NCBI GenBank assembly: GCA_964016885.1
Contig: OZ024741.1
Span: 276,706,001 to 276,770,000, forward strand
Direction of reading: 5' to 3'
Source: Eledone cirrhosa
Taxonomy: Eukaryota
Length of the DNA: 64,000 bases
The notes beneath the pieces are model-generated. The model saw only the letters and a list, made by a program, of their open reading frames with translations, was not told the origin of the DNA and did not search any database. The position numbers were made by a program, and so were the translations under genes. This document shows positions 49,968 through 63,825 of this stretch, piece after piece (position 1 is the first letter of the stretch; each line of letters opens with the position of its first letter).

Positions 49968-50315
49968 TGGAAGAAGAATCAGGATGGAGAGAGAGGTGCT
50001 GTACCCCAGCAAATTTTATAAAAGGTGTGGGAATGTGTCAAAGATGGCCCGAGTGGTTGGGCCTTCTCTCTATATAAGCCTGTAGGTTGAGGAAAAAGAG
50101 GAAGAGAGGAGGGGAATACTCACTCTTGGTGCTTCTGGAGCTGATGGTTGTACATTTTTCCGGGGTGTGTACAACCCCTGTGTAACGCCTCCCCCCTATT
50201 GGGGATTTCAGTTATTTGTTATTTTTATTAATAGTTTTATTTTCATATACCTGTATGTAAACTCCCCATTTGTATTTGTCCCCTTCTTTTGTGCCCTTGT
50301 GGCTAATAAAGAAAT
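49968..50315 (+). mobile_element. Tx1-like copy H: last ~115 bp of ORF2 (stop 50085) plus 3' UTR
   Basis: GRRIRMEREVLYPSKFY homology; ends GGCTAATAAAGAAAT, then (TATC)n. Confidence 0.88.
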
Positions 50316-50316
50316 G

Positions 50317-50373
<57 letters not shown>

Positions 50374-50375
50374 GT

Positions 50376-50429
<54 letters not shown>

Positions 50430-50656
50430 GTTTATCTATCTATCTATCTACCTATCTGTGTGTCTGTCTATCTGTGTGTGTGTGTCTGTCTATCTGTGTG
50501 TCTGTCTGTCTACCTATCTGTGTGTCTGTCTATCTGTGTGTGTGTGTGTCTGTCTGTCTACCTATCTGTGTGTCTGTCTATCTGTGTGTGTGTCTGTCTG
50601 TCTACCTATCTGTGTGTCTGTCTATCTGTGTGTCTACCTATCTGTCTGTCTGTCTC
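50316..50656 (+). repeat. (TATC)n grading into compound TCTG/TGTG repeat; right boundary of the array
   Basis: Directly visible. Confidence 0.95.
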
Positions 50657-51269
50657 AATGCTTGTCTGTCCGTATATCTGTGTCGCCGCCTCCCCCCTCC
50701 CTTCATCTTACAACTATCGATCGACAGAAGAAATTCAATTCTCTCAGAGATTCAGGTCGTTGAACTCTCCATCTACACCCCCTCCCTCCCCCACACCCAT
50801 TATCCGATCCCTTCCACCACTCCCCTTCCCTCATTCCCCCTCTCTCTCCCAATCCCATTCTGTCTATACCTGCTCCAAAAATCCCTCCCCCTATACCACC
50901 ACCTAAATAGCTATACACTTACTCACTTTCACTTTCACGTACACATGGTGGCTGCAAACTCGTTTTCGAGTACGGCCACTACTTTATATCCATGTAGGAG
51001 AACCCCTACCGATGCGCTGAATGAGTGTGACTTTTTAGTCCAGCCAGCGACTTGAAAACTCTGATACAAACACTACACTTGTGACAATTATTGACACATA
51101 GTGCTGGGCCCATGGTACCACGTGAGGACAAGTGCAGAGAGATCTCCAGATATAAAGCAATGCCTGTGCCGTGAAGCTTTTATAGTGAGCAAAGACACTG
51201 CACAAAGCCAGTCCCACTCTCTTAACCAAGATGATATTTACCAAAAAGAAGAACAAGTCAACATCATTG

Positions 51270-51555
51270 GATACCATCAGGGCTGCAGGTGTTATATCAG
51301 AGTTTTCCTTCTCCTAGAATTCTGCCTTGACAAAGGCTAAGGGGTCATCTCTCCCGGTGATTTTGAATGGCCATTGACTCTTAAGAGCTCCTTTGCCCTT
51401 TGACAGGTTTTGTTTTTAGTCCTGCAGGATGTCCAAAGTCACCCTCCTCACCAAGAAACCTTGGTGGGGTTGCCAGTTTAGTCGCCAACGACCCGACCAT
51501 GAGACAGGTTGTACTGGAATACATGTTACCAGTAGCACCAACTGGTGACCTGACA
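51270..51555 (+). mobile_element. Interspersed repeat fragment, possibly RTE-LINE/SINE related; similar fragment near 58200-58300
   Basis: atcagagttttccttctc...ggggtc.tc.ctcc is shared by ~51297 and ~58230. Family assignment is tentative. Confidence 0.3.
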
Positions 51556-51920
51556 CATACATACATACACACATACATACACACATACATACACACATAC
51601 ATACATTCATACACACATACATACATACACACATACATACATACATACATACATACACACATACATACATACACACATACATACATTCATACACACATAC
51701 ATACATACAAACACACATACATACATACATACACATATACATACACACATACATACATACACACATACATACATTCATACATTCATGCATACATACATAC
51801 ATACATACATACATACATACATACATACATACATACATACATACATACATACACATAGATACATACATACATACCTAATATATACATACATACACGTACA
51901 AATCTGCATACATATATATG
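51553..51920. repeat. (CATA)n/(CACA) microsatellite
   Basis: Directly visible. Confidence 0.95.
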
Positions 51921-51929
51921 ATTATTTCT

Positions 51930-52121
51930 TATGAATGGAACAGTTCTAGTCCTGAAGATATTATTTCTATAATAAAATAAAGATGTCTATACTCTACTTA
52001 CGTATTGAGTACCTTTTTTAAAACTGTAGTCACCTCCCAATATACTAAATACGTCAGTAGAGTATAGACATCTTTATTTTATTATAGAAATAATTTCTAC
52101 AGGACTAGAACTGTTCCATTC
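51930..52121. mobile_element. Inverted pair of Penelope pLTR fragments (family of 59040-59510), hammerhead truncated
   Basis: gaatggaacagttctagtcctg...gatgtctatactctact.acgtatt and its reverse complement at 52048-52121. Confidence 0.65.
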
Positions 52122-52428
52122 AACTAAAGTGTATTACTTTTCATCTTAAAACCATATGAAAAAACAATTTGATAGGTTAGTTCTTCAACTACCTCCAAAT
52201 AAGGACATGATAGTAACAAACAACTAATTCTGAATAAAATTATTATTGCTTTTGAAAACAGCTAGTGATATGCATGTAAGTAAATATTCTCTTTATCTGA
52301 TATTTTGTAACTAACCTTACATAGATCAATAACGGAGTATAGCTACAATGTATTATCATCACCTAGAAACGATCGTAAAGCAGTGAAGTATATCTCTAAT
52401 GACTTGATTTTTTATTTCATTGTTTTAA

Positions 52429-52484
<56 letters not shown>

Positions 52485-52489
<5 letters not shown>

Positions 52490-52634
52490 AAACTCAGCAC
52501 CCCGACGGCTGAACTCCGGCCGTTTCCACAGTTAGATATATCAGATAAGGTGTGGTAAAAAACCAGGTGGACCGACCATAAACCACCAGAATACTCGATT
52601 ACTTGCGGTAGTAGAGTTGGTAATATGAAAAAGA

Positions 52635-52697
<63 letters not shown>

Positions 52698-52928
52698 AAA
52701 ATGTTTGACCCCGACGGCAGAGCTCAAGCCGTTTCGACGGCTATTTCTGGAATAAATTAGAATTTTTAGCGTGGTAAAAAAATTCTAATTTAGTCCAGAA
52801 ATAGCCGTCGAAACGGCTTGAGTTCTGCCGTCGGGGTCAAACATTTTCCTATTACCCACTCTACTACCCTAAGTATTGAGTACTCTGGTGCGTTATGGTC
52901 CACCTGGTTCCTTACCACACCTCCTTCG

Positions 52929-52930
<2 letters not shown>
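52485..52930. mobile_element. Two related Penelope-derived mini-insertions; near-perfect palindrome 52694-52852 plus tail
   Basis: GAAACGGC-ttgagttct-GCCGTC is hammerhead stem III + GUC. The tail 52853-52925 has a diverged inverted copy at 52551-52625. Flanked by (TA)n. Confidence 0.7.
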
Positions 52931-52990
<60 letters not shown>

Positions 52991-52996
<6 letters not shown>

Positions 52997-54933
52997 GATA
53001 TTAATAAATGGAAACTATATTTATAAAACCATATTTATTTCATTATACATATTTCAGGGATACCGCATTAAATTATGGTATGCCTTCATCAGACAAAATA
53101 CAATATATAACAGTTTTACAAATAGCTTTGACGTACCCTTTTGAAATGCAACCATTACTTTTGGAGGCTGTCTGGATAGTGATTTGTTTATATTATTTTA
53201 ATAAGTCATAGTGTTAAGCACAATTAGAAAAAGACGGAGAGAAAGAAAAAAAGAAAAAAGACGGAGAGAGAGAAAGAAAACCTGGAGAAATATCGGAGAG
53301 AGAGAGAAATGTATGGAGAAAAGAAAGAGATAAATAAAGATAAATTTCTATACTAAATATAAGGTTATCTGTAGAATCATTGGGTTTTTTAAATCTTTTA
53401 AATTATTTTTATTTATTTGTTTTGATTCTGATAGCTTCTCATAACTTTCATAAGTCTACCCTTTCAATATCTTGATTGAGATATACGTAGGATAAATTTC
53501 TATACTAAATATATAAAACATATTATTTTAACTTAAGATACTCTATAGTGTTTTAAAGATATTTAATGCTTTGATATTTCTAGATTTCTTTTGACTATAC
53601 TGATATAGTTGTATTTCCAAAATATATTCCTTTGGTATTTTAAATTTATATTGTTATAGTTATATTTACAAGTTATAATCCTTTAGTAATATATTGATAT
53701 TTGATTATCTCTATACAAATGCATATATGTGTATTAACATGCATATAAAGTGTTATAGGTTTTTTGTGTTTGTATATATGTCTGTATATATACATGAGCG
53801 ATGCGGGAGGACGCACGCAGATATTTATTTATACATATGTATGTGTATATATGTATGTATGTATATCTATGTGGGTGAGAGGTATGTTGCAGATATGCAT
53901 AATATTAAATACATGAATGGTAATCGTATATATGAGGACATGAATATTAATCGTATACATTTATGTATATATACTGTGAACTTTTTATAACACAAGGAAT
54001 GTATAGCAGTGATTAAGAGAAATCATTTACGTTTTGTATGGCTATATTGTTGGCTTGAGTAAACATAATTTCTATTTTCAGGACGTGCGTATGTGTATGT
54101 ATATATATATATATATATACATATATATTTGTATGTCTTTGCATAAGATACTGATCTCTATAGCAAGGGTACATTTTGAACGATTTAACTCAGATTTTGG
54201 TATATTGATCTCAAGTTTTTAAACTAAACATATAGTCATTATTGAACAATGTTTAATTTCTCATATTATATATCTATGTCCCATTCATGAATATTGATAC
54301 TTATATTTTTATTATTCATTTCATATAAATTGTTAACTCAACTTAATATGACAAGACGTAAAGTTTTCATTGTCTCCCCCTCTCTCTATATAGTATTTCT
54401 CTCTCTTGAGTTTTTCTATCTGTATGATGACTTGATATCTCTCTGTTGCTTTCCTTTGTTTTTCTTATTTCTTCCTTTTTTCTTTCTTTTTTATTTCCTC
54501 CTATCTTTATTTATCTCTTTCTTTTCTCCATACATTTCTCTCTCTCTCCGATATTTCTCCAGGTTTTCTTTCTCTCTCTCCGTCTTTTTTCTTTTTTTCT
54601 TTCTCTCCGTCTTTTTCTAATTGTGCTTAACACTATGACTTATTAAAATAATATAAACAAATCACTATCCAGACAGCCTCCAAAAGTAATGGTTGCATTT
54701 TAAAAGGGTACGTCAAAGCTATTTGTAATACTGTTATATATTGTATTTTGTCTGATGAAGGCATACCATAATTTAATGCGGTATCCCTGAAATATGTATA
54801 ATGAAATAAATATGGTTTTATAAATATAGTTTCCATTTATTAATATCGTATATCTACTCCAAAAACTTGTCGAGTGCTTTATATCAGTTATAAAAATATT
54901 TACTTGTATCCCAACAACTTTAAATAGAACTTT

Positions 54934-54935
<2 letters not shown>
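52991..54935. mobile_element. Penelope-derived element with ~350-bp inverted pLTR arms (52991-53345 / 54500-54853) and a 3' tail
   Basis: Near-identical spurious peptides at 53008..53211(+) and 54633..54836(-); a hammerhead in each arm; (TA)n flanks. Confidence 0.8.
54752..54798 (+). ncRNA. Hammerhead ribozyme motif (mirror copy on - strand at 53046-53092)
   Basis: CTGATGA, stem II agg.atacc/ggtat.cct, GAAA tatg TA. Stem I is weak. Confidence 0.6.
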
Positions 54936-54980
<45 letters not shown>

Positions 54981-55094
54981 TTCATATTACCCACATATAT
55001 ATATGTGTGTGAATGCAGGGTGCCCCCCCCCCCAAAAAATGTATACACACTTCAACACCGTTCTAATCAAAGAGTGTATACTTTTGGGGGGAAC

Positions 55095-55447
55095 ATCCTG
55101 TATAATATATGTGTATCTGTGTGTGTGTGTATGTATGTATGTATGATGTATGATGTATGTATGTATGATGTATGTATGATCTATGTATGTATGATGTATG
55201 TATGTATGTATGTAAGTATAGAAAGTTCCGAAAATGAGTACTCAATACCATATTGGAGATAAATTGTTTTATTAATTTAAGCTAGTGTCCTGTTACACAG
55301 GGGTTTCTCCAATGCATATATGAATTCATTGCTATGTATGTATGTATGTATATATGTGTGTATGTATGCATGTATGTATGTATGTACATATGTGTGTATG
55401 TATGTGTGTGTATGTATGTGTATGTATGCGTGTATATATATATATGT

Positions 55448-55495
<48 letters not shown>

Positions 55496-56041
55496 GTGTG
55501 TGTGTGTGTGTGCGTGTGTGTGTGTGTGTGTGTGAGTGTGTGTGTGTGTAGACAGGTCAACATACACAAATGTGGAAGTTTCCACGTTTCATTCACACTG
55601 AGCACGGCCGCACGTCGGTGTATGTGTGTGTGTGTCTTTGTGTGTATGCGTGTGTCTGTCTGTTTCTCTGTGTGTATGTGTAGGTATGTGTTTGTGCGTT
55701 AGTTTGCCTGTTTTTGTATCTGTGTATCTGAGTATATGTTTGTGTATGTATGTCCGAGTGTGTGTATATGTATGTGTATGTGTGTGCGTTTGTGTGTGTA
55801 TATTTGTATGTGTGTTTGTGTGTGTATGTGCGTGTGTGTGTATGTGTTTGTGTTTGTATGTATGTGTATGTGTGTGTGTGGCTGTGAATATGTGTATATG
55901 TGTGTATATATATATATATGTGTATGTGCATGTGTGCGTGAGTATGTGGGTGTATATGTGTGCATATGTATGTATGTGTATGTATGTATGTATGTTTGTG
56001 TGTGTATGTGTGTATATATGTGTGTGTGTGTGTGTATGTGT
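55095..56041. repeat. (TG)n/(TATG)n microsatellite-rich region
   Basis: Directly visible. Confidence 0.9.
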
Positions 56042-56110
56042 AGAAATAGTTGGAAGGTTTCCTTGGAAGCGACATCAGCTCTGGATTCCATCACATCACA
56101 ACGTGTTGAA

Positions 56111-56956
56111 GAATGGTGAAAGAAAGGAATGGTGGAATAGTGGAATGGTGGTACGGTGGAATGGTAGAATGGTGGAATAGCAGAATGGTGTAATGGTGGA
56201 ATGGTGGCATGGTGGAATAGCAGAATGGTGGTACGGTGGAATGGTAGAATGGTGGAATAGCAGAATGGTGGTACGTTGGAATGGTAGAATGGTGGTACGG
56301 TGGAATGGTAGAATGGTGGAATAGCAGAATGGTGGTACGGTGGAATGGTAGAATGGTGGTACGGTGGAATGGTAGAATGGTGGAATAGCAGAATGGTGGT
56401 ACGGTGGAATGGTAGAATGGTGGAATGGAGAATGGTGGAATGGTGGTATGGTAGAATGGTAGAATGATGGAATGGAGAATGGTGGAATGGTGGTATGGTA
56501 GAATGGTAGGATGGTGGAATGGGGAAATGGTAAAATGGTTGAATGGCGGGATGGTGGAATGATGGAGTGGTGGAATGTTGGAATGGTGGAATGGTTGATG
56601 GTGGAATGGTGGAATGGTGGCATGGTGGAATGACAGAATGATGGAATGGCGGGATGGTGGAGTGGCAGAATGATGGTATAGCGGGATGGTGGAATGGCAG
56701 AATGATGGTATGGCAGAATGATGGTATGGTGGAATGGTGGAATGGTGGAATGGTGAAATGGCTGGTTGAATGGCGGGATGGTGGAATGGTGGAATGGTGG
56801 AATGGTGGAATGGTGGAATGGTGAAATGGCTGGTTGAATGGCGGGATGGTGGAATGGTGGAATGGTGGAATGGTGGAATGGTGGAATGGTGGTGGTTGTG
56901 GTGGTAGTAGTAGTGGTGGTTGTGGTGGTGGTAGTAGTGGTGGTAGTATTGGTGGT
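56111..56956. repeat. Degenerate 8-bp minisatellite (GGAATGGT)n ending in (GGT/AGT)n
   Basis: Directly visible; explains the HHSTIPPF ORFs. Confidence 0.95.
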
Positions 56957-57118
56957 AAGGAAGGTGTCAATATAAATGACAGAATTTAAACATCCTCCCC
57001 CGTCATATCCACCACCCCCGCTCCTCAAAATTCACTATTATTCCTTATACCCTGTTGTGTCGTCATGGCATCGAATCTGGAAAGTAATGAGAAAGGCATT
57101 TTATAAGAGACTAGCTAG

Positions 57119-57194
<76 letters not shown>

Positions 57195-57221
57195 TATATA
57201 TAAATGTATATGTATATATAT

Positions 57222-57252
<31 letters not shown>

Positions 57253-57258
57253 AATATG

Positions 57259-57291
<33 letters not shown>

Positions 57292-57293
57292 TG

Positions 57294-57347
<54 letters not shown>

Positions 57348-57503
57348 CAAAGCAGAGTGTAAATATGTAATATAGAAAGGCTTCATATATATATATACGT
57401 ATATATTTCAACATAAATGGACCTGTTATTTTTATCTAAAGACATTTTTTTCCAATTCCAACCCGCCCGTCACCTCAATCTATTTTATTTCTCATTCTTT
57501 CTT

Positions 57504-57562
57504 CTGATGAAGGACTAGCGGTCCGAAACGTTAACACCCTCTTCCTGCTATATCAAACGTTA
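57504..57562 (+). ncRNA. Hammerhead ribozyme motif in a Penelope pLTR fragment (~57400-57620)
   Basis: CTGATGA a ggac-tagcg-gtcc GAAACGTT (palindrome AACGTT, repeated at ~57556). Confidence 0.65.
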
Positions 57563-57617
57563 ACCTAATATATTCCTTCCATATACTGTACCGATTGTAT
57601 TGTTATTTCTGTTTACC

Positions 57618-57713
<96 letters not shown>

Positions 57714-57773
57714 TTATTAAAATAACAGATTATCGAGCCCTCTTTGGATTTTAGTCTTCAAATTTATTATTAT

Positions 57774-57885
<112 letters not shown>

Positions 57886-58405
57886 TGTTTGTGTATATGT
57901 AGGTATATATATCTGTGTATGCATATATATGTGTGTGTACAATAACAGTTGCATCTCGGATTTGAGAAATTCTATCCCAAGGGTGGCACGAACATAACTT
58001 TTTAGCCCAGCCAATCCCCTTCTGCATATGCTGCAGCGAAAGAATAAAAAGAAGACGCCATGCTCATACAATACACATGAAAGTCGTTTAGATCAAGTGA
58101 TGTCTGCGCATTTTTTACGTGAAGAAAGGTCTTTCAATGGACCAAACCGACTCTCTGAACAATGGTGGAAGTTATCTAAAAAGAAAACCAGATCAACATG
58201 ATTGGCTGCCATCGAGTCACGGGTTTTACATCAGAGTTTTCCTTCTCATAAAATGATACCCTATGAAAAACCAGGGGTCTCTCACTCCAGGTGGGATAAC
58301 CGAGCGCTCGGGCATTAAACCGAATATTTCCCCATCTCCGTGTATATATGTGTGTATATATACACACACAGACATTCATATATATATACACACACACATA
58401 CACAC

Positions 58406-59039
<634 letters not shown>

Positions 59040-59041
<2 letters not shown>

Positions 59042-59504
59042 TACGTTATTCCGGGTTGAATCGGAGGTAACCACAGTAAGTAAGGTACTCAATACATTGC
59101 AGAGTATAACAGTTTTAATATAGATGAGATTCTACAGAACTAGAACTGTTTCATTCTTTAGAAATCATCAGGAATCTGGGTATCAAAAAATAAATATGGT
59201 ATTTATAGGTCTCTTCAGGTGGTAGGAGAGGGTAGGGAGTGGGATGGGTAGGGGTCATTGGTTGATAGAAAAGGGAATTCATTAAAAGGTATAATTTATA
59301 TTTAGAGTAACAAAGGCAGAAAGAATTCTATAAACAAGTTCAGAATGGGGTGCCACTCCTTATTTTTAAGTTTCTCTTAAGCTAACAATGCCTAGATTTC
59401 AGGTGTCTATAAGATCGTTGGGGGTCAGTCATATTTATTTTTTGATACCCAGATTCCTGATGATTTCTAAAGAATGAAATAGTTCTAGTCCTGTAGAATC
59501 TCAG

Positions 59505-59510
<6 letters not shown>
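59040..59510 (-). mobile_element. Penelope-derived mini-element with inverted hammerhead-bearing arms (59117-59198 / 59430-59510)
   Basis: Arms are reverse complements; tail at 59040-59115; (TA)n flanks. Confidence 0.8.
59127..59177 (-). ncRNA. Complete type-I hammerhead (mirror copy on + strand at 59451-59501)
   Basis: agattc CTGATGA t ttc-taaa-gaa t GAAA cag-ttctagtt-ctg TA gaatct; GUA triplet. Confidence 0.85.
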
Positions 59511-59581
<71 letters not shown>

Positions 59582-60159
59582 CATATAATTTTGGGTATGA
59601 ATCGAAGTTGTAGCCGCCATATAGCAGGTACTAATCGAGTTGTTTGAGACAATATCACAAAACACTCAATGGATCGTGAAGCTAAACATTATCGTCCGGA
59701 GTAAAACACAACAGTTATAATGTGCGACACCAAGAAAAACGACCGAATGCAGTGGCCATACTTATAACACAACAATGATAAATAAAAAAAGGTTGAAGAA
59801 TATATATATAAAAGGACGATCCCATCTTCTCAGCCACCATCTGGAAATCACTTTAGGTTCGGTTAATTAAGATTGATACTATTCATTCCAGTGCACATTG
59901 GGTCATAACAAAACAGATAGAGACAAAAGACAGGACAAGTTATGCTTTGTGTGAATTACACACATAATGAGGAAATTATCCAAAGTGTACCGACTGAAAA
60001 AGAAGGGAGGTAATGATGTGCTATAGGTTAGCCAAAGGAGAATAAAATATAGAAAGGAGAGAAATAGAAAAACAGAAAAGAATGATATGATCTGCAGTCC
60101 AACGTATAGACAAAGAAAAATGACCCTGAGATGTAAGAAAGGAGAACAGACTGGTGGAT

Positions 60160-60597
60160 AGACAGACATACATACAGGCGGACAGACCTCTCAGGGGGGC
60201 AGGTGGACTGACAGACAGACATACAGGCGGACATACCTCTTAGGGGGGCAGATGGACTGACAGACAGACATACAGGCGGACAGACCTCTCAGGGGGGCAG
60301 GTGGACTGACAGACAGACATACAGGCGGACGTACCTCTTAGGGGGGGCAGATGGACTGACAGACAGACATACAGGCGGACATACCTCTTAGGGGGGCAGA
60401 TGGACTGACAGACAGACATACAGGCGGACATACCTCTTAGGGGGGCAGATGGACTGACAGACAGACATACAGGCGGACATACCTCTCAGGGGGGCAGGTG
60501 GACTGACAGACAGACATACAGGCGGACATACCTCTTAGGGGGGGGGGGGGGGGGGGGCAGGTGGAAACTGACAGACAAACAGACAGACATACAGGCG
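60160..60597. repeat. 49-bp minisatellite, ~9 copies, followed by GACA-rich repeat to ~60910
   Basis: Unit cagacagacatacaggcggacatacctcttaggggggcagatggactga. Confidence 0.92.
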
Positions 60598-60964
60598 CAC
60601 AGATATGCGTGAGAGTGGGCAGGCCGACAGGGACAGATGGACAGATGGACAGATGGACTGTCATGAAGACAGACAGATGGTTGGCCAAAGAGACTGACAG
60701 GTAGACGGTCAAAGCATATATATGCAGACAGATAGATAGAGGGACAGACAGACAGACAGACAGGCAGAGAAATAGACTATAGAAACAAAGACAGCCAATC
60801 AGACGGACAGACATTTCAACAGACACACAGACCGACAGACTGACAAACAGATGCAAAAATATGCGAACAGAGAAATGAATAAAGACACAGGCGAGCAGAC
60901 AGACAGACATTCGGAAAATTCTAGAATTCTAGACATTTTTTATTCAAGTTGCTTTCGTGCATCG

Positions 60965-61036
<72 letters not shown>

Positions 61037-61184
61037 TTATATGTCTGTGTGCATATGTGTGCATAAATATGTGTGCATGTGTCAGCGTGCGTCTGTGTGT
61101 GTATCTGTGTGTGTATCTGTGTACGAGTCTTTATGTATCTCTATGTGTATATCTCTATCTGTGTGTGCATGTGTAATATGTGCG

Positions 61185-61242
<58 letters not shown>

Positions 61243-62032
61243 TATGTATCTGGGTGTTGGTGTATATTTTTGTGTGCATCAGTGTGCGTGCGTCTGTGTG
61301 CGTGCGTCTGTGTGAGTGTGTGTATGTGTGTGTGTAAAGAAATGAGGGGTAAAAAAGAATGGGAAGCGACATCAGTTCTGTATTCCATAGCACTTGTTGA
61401 AGTAGTAGTGTAGTGATTGACTATGGCTGACTGGACGGAAAGAGAGAGGGGGTGAGCGAAAGAGAGAGGGGAGAGAGAGTGGTGTAAGTAGTGTTTTTTC
61501 TGGTGTTGGTGAGGTGTGGTGTTGGAGAGACAGAGAGAGGGGTGAGCGTAAATAGTATGGTGGTGGCGTTGATGTTAACGAGAGAGAGAGAGAGAGGGGG
61601 CGAGGGGGAGAGGTCGAGAGAGAGGAGTGGAGAATAAGTATGGTGTGGTGTTGGACAGAGAGAGAGAGAGAGAGGAATAGAGAATACGTATGGTGTCGTG
61701 TTGGACAGAGAGAGGGTGAAAGGAGAGTAAGTAGAACGGAAAGATGTAAGAAATACGATGGTAATAAAAGAAATGGAATGTTTTTCCGCGTTCGTATAAC
61801 GCCCCCCTCCTCTCCCGCCGACGTAGAAGGACTCTCGTCTCTTACTCCACGAGACAGCGTTTGGCTTGTCTCAAACGCTGTGACCCCAGGTGGACTAGCA
61901 GTAACGTTGGTAGGGGTCGAAAGTTCCACCTCAAGGGCCGATGACCCTGGAGTTCTGTGTCCTTCGTTATTTAAGGTTTCCCCTTAAATTGTTTTTCGTT
62001 CGTTGTCTTGTCCTCTCTTGTTATTTTTCTTA

Positions 62033-62074
<42 letters not shown>

Positions 62075-62077
<3 letters not shown>

Positions 62078-62250
62078 AGAAAAGATGAAATCGAAAATGC
62101 AACTGGAGTCTTTTTTTTAAATATATATTTATTTGGTTCCTTTACCGGTTTCGCAGTTCTTGTGCATTTCAAAAGTAGAATTGAGATGGAGAGTTTGTTA
62201 TTTTTGCGAGAAAAACCACAAACCCTCCATCTCAATTCTACTTTTGAAAT
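62075..62250 (-). mobile_element. Fold-back fragment of the PLE1 pLTR (homologous to 5688-5830) with degenerate hammerhead at 62139-62176
   Basis: Reverse complement reads ctt TTGAAAT gca..tgc GAAA ccgg TA aagg. The + strand arm (62208-62250) is cut by the next element. Confidence 0.8.
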
Positions 62251-62965
62251 GATATTAAATAAATGGAAACTATATTTATAAAACCATATTTATTCTATTA
62301 TATATATTTCAAGGGTACCAAAACTTTGGTACGCTCTCATCAGAGAAAATACAAAGTTTGTTTTATAAATTTTGACATAACCAAGAAAAAATACCTTAAC
62401 GGTTCAAGTTTTTCCTGGATAGTGAAGGAAAAGAGAAGAAAAGTCAGGTATTTCAAATTATTAAGATGAGTATGCAAATGAGGTTGAAGTATAGGGCTGA
62501 AAAAATGTTATTTTAGACGCTATGCAGAATTTAAATAATTAGTATATATGTATGTATAAGTAGGAAGAAGAAAAAAAAAGAAAGAAGAGCTTGTATTTAC
62601 GTTAATTTAAAAGGAATTAAAAATTTGCGGGAATGGTGGAATATGATTCCAGAATTTAAAGTTTATTTAGCTATATTATGAGTTATAATATTGTATATAT
62701 AATCAATTAGATTATATGAAGAATTATGGTTGTAAGTAGATTTTATCTTATTACATTACAACAGGTTGTAAGTATATAAATATCTATATAGATTAACAAT
62801 TGTGCATGTATAAGTATTATAGAAATAGAAATAAGTTATAATTATTAGTTGTTTACATTTCTCATTTTCCATTTATTTAATATCATTGAATATTATACTC
62901 CAGGAAACTTGTCGAGTGCTCTGAATCAGTTATAAACATTTATATTTGTTGAATTACCAACAAAT
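62249..62965. mobile_element. Penelope-derived element related to 52991-54935; hammerhead on - strand at 62301-62343, tail at 62888-62965
   Basis: Shares atggaaactatatttataaaaccatatttatt. Minus strand reads CTGATGA gag.gtaccaaa/tttggtac.ctt GAAA tata TA. Confidence 0.7.
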
Positions 62966-63222
62966 TGAATATCCCTTTTGCTTATATATATGTATTTATA
63001 TATATATATATATATCGTTTGTGAATTTGTTTAGCAAGATTCTTTATCTGAAAACGTGTGTTGAAACCGATATTGTTATACTTTGGGAGGGTCATATTGC
63101 CAATAAGAAACACACGCACCAGATGTTTCACTTCAATTTATTATAATAAATTTATAAATTTAGGAATTTATAAATTTCCGGTTGGTTGGTTGGTTCCACA
63201 ACCAGATGGTTGTTTATATATT

Positions 63223-63265
63223 GTCAAAGTTCTTTCGTCACACATTCTGCGACCTCTTCAGTGAC
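63223..63265 (-). ncRNA. Hammerhead ribozyme motif in a pLTR fragment (~63015-63560)
   Basis: gtca CTGAAGA g gtcgca-gaatg-tgtgac GAAA gaac TT tgac; stem III palindrome is imperfect. Confidence 0.65.
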
Positions 63266-63562
63266 TGGGGGTTATTTTCTTTGTTTTTTGTGCCTCTCCT
63301 TTGTTCTGTCCTACGCCATCTTGTTTTTGTGTGTGTGTTGTGTGCTTAGTTTGTGCATGTGTTACATCCGGGTGTCTGTGTGTGTTTATATTCGTTTATT
63401 TATTTGTTTATTTACATGTTACTGGTTGGTTGTTTGTTCTATGTGCGTGTGTGTTTTCATTTTGTCCTTAATTGTAAGTTGTGATGTTGCTGTTCCACTC
63501 ATGTTTTCTATTTAATTTTGGTTGTAATTCTTTTATGTTTATTGCCTCTGTGATTTATCTAA

Positions 63563-63612
<50 letters not shown>

Positions 63613-63619
63613 GGAATAT

Positions 63620-63662
63620 ACGATGCTGACGATAGCTAATAAGCTTGAAACTAGTACATCGT
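63620..63662 (+). ncRNA. Complete minimal type-I hammerhead
   Basis: acgatg CTGACGA t agct-aata-agct t GAAA ctag TA catcgt; palindrome ACTAGT; GUA triplet. Confidence 0.85.
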
Positions 63663-63825
63663 TCCTGTGTCAGTGTTGAACAAAAAGGTGACGTGGTTGC
63701 CTAAACACTGTACGGCATAATTCGGGCTGTTTGTTTGTTTACAAACAAACCGAGCATCATAATAAATGTTCGGTAAACCGATACGTGCATATATATGTGT
63801 GTGCATGTATATATGTGTGCATGTA

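Noticed and set aside
56065-56110. EATSALDS resembles an ABC-transporter Walker B/D-loop exon
   Set aside because: The preceding Walker B Asp is missing, the two other copies do not preserve the peptide, and there are no consistent splice sites.
55699-57028. 423-aa and 310-aa HHSTIPPF repeat ORFs
   Set aside because: An 8-bp minisatellite lacking stops on that strand; no other coding evidence.
57985-58040. CSICRRGLAGLKSY on the - strand, resembling an RTE-LINE C-terminal zinc finger
   Set aside because: Too short and degenerate to support without a search.
60160-60597. Regularly spaced repeat resembling a CRISPR array
   Set aside because: No unique spacers, no cas genes and a eukaryotic context; it is a 49-bp minisatellite.
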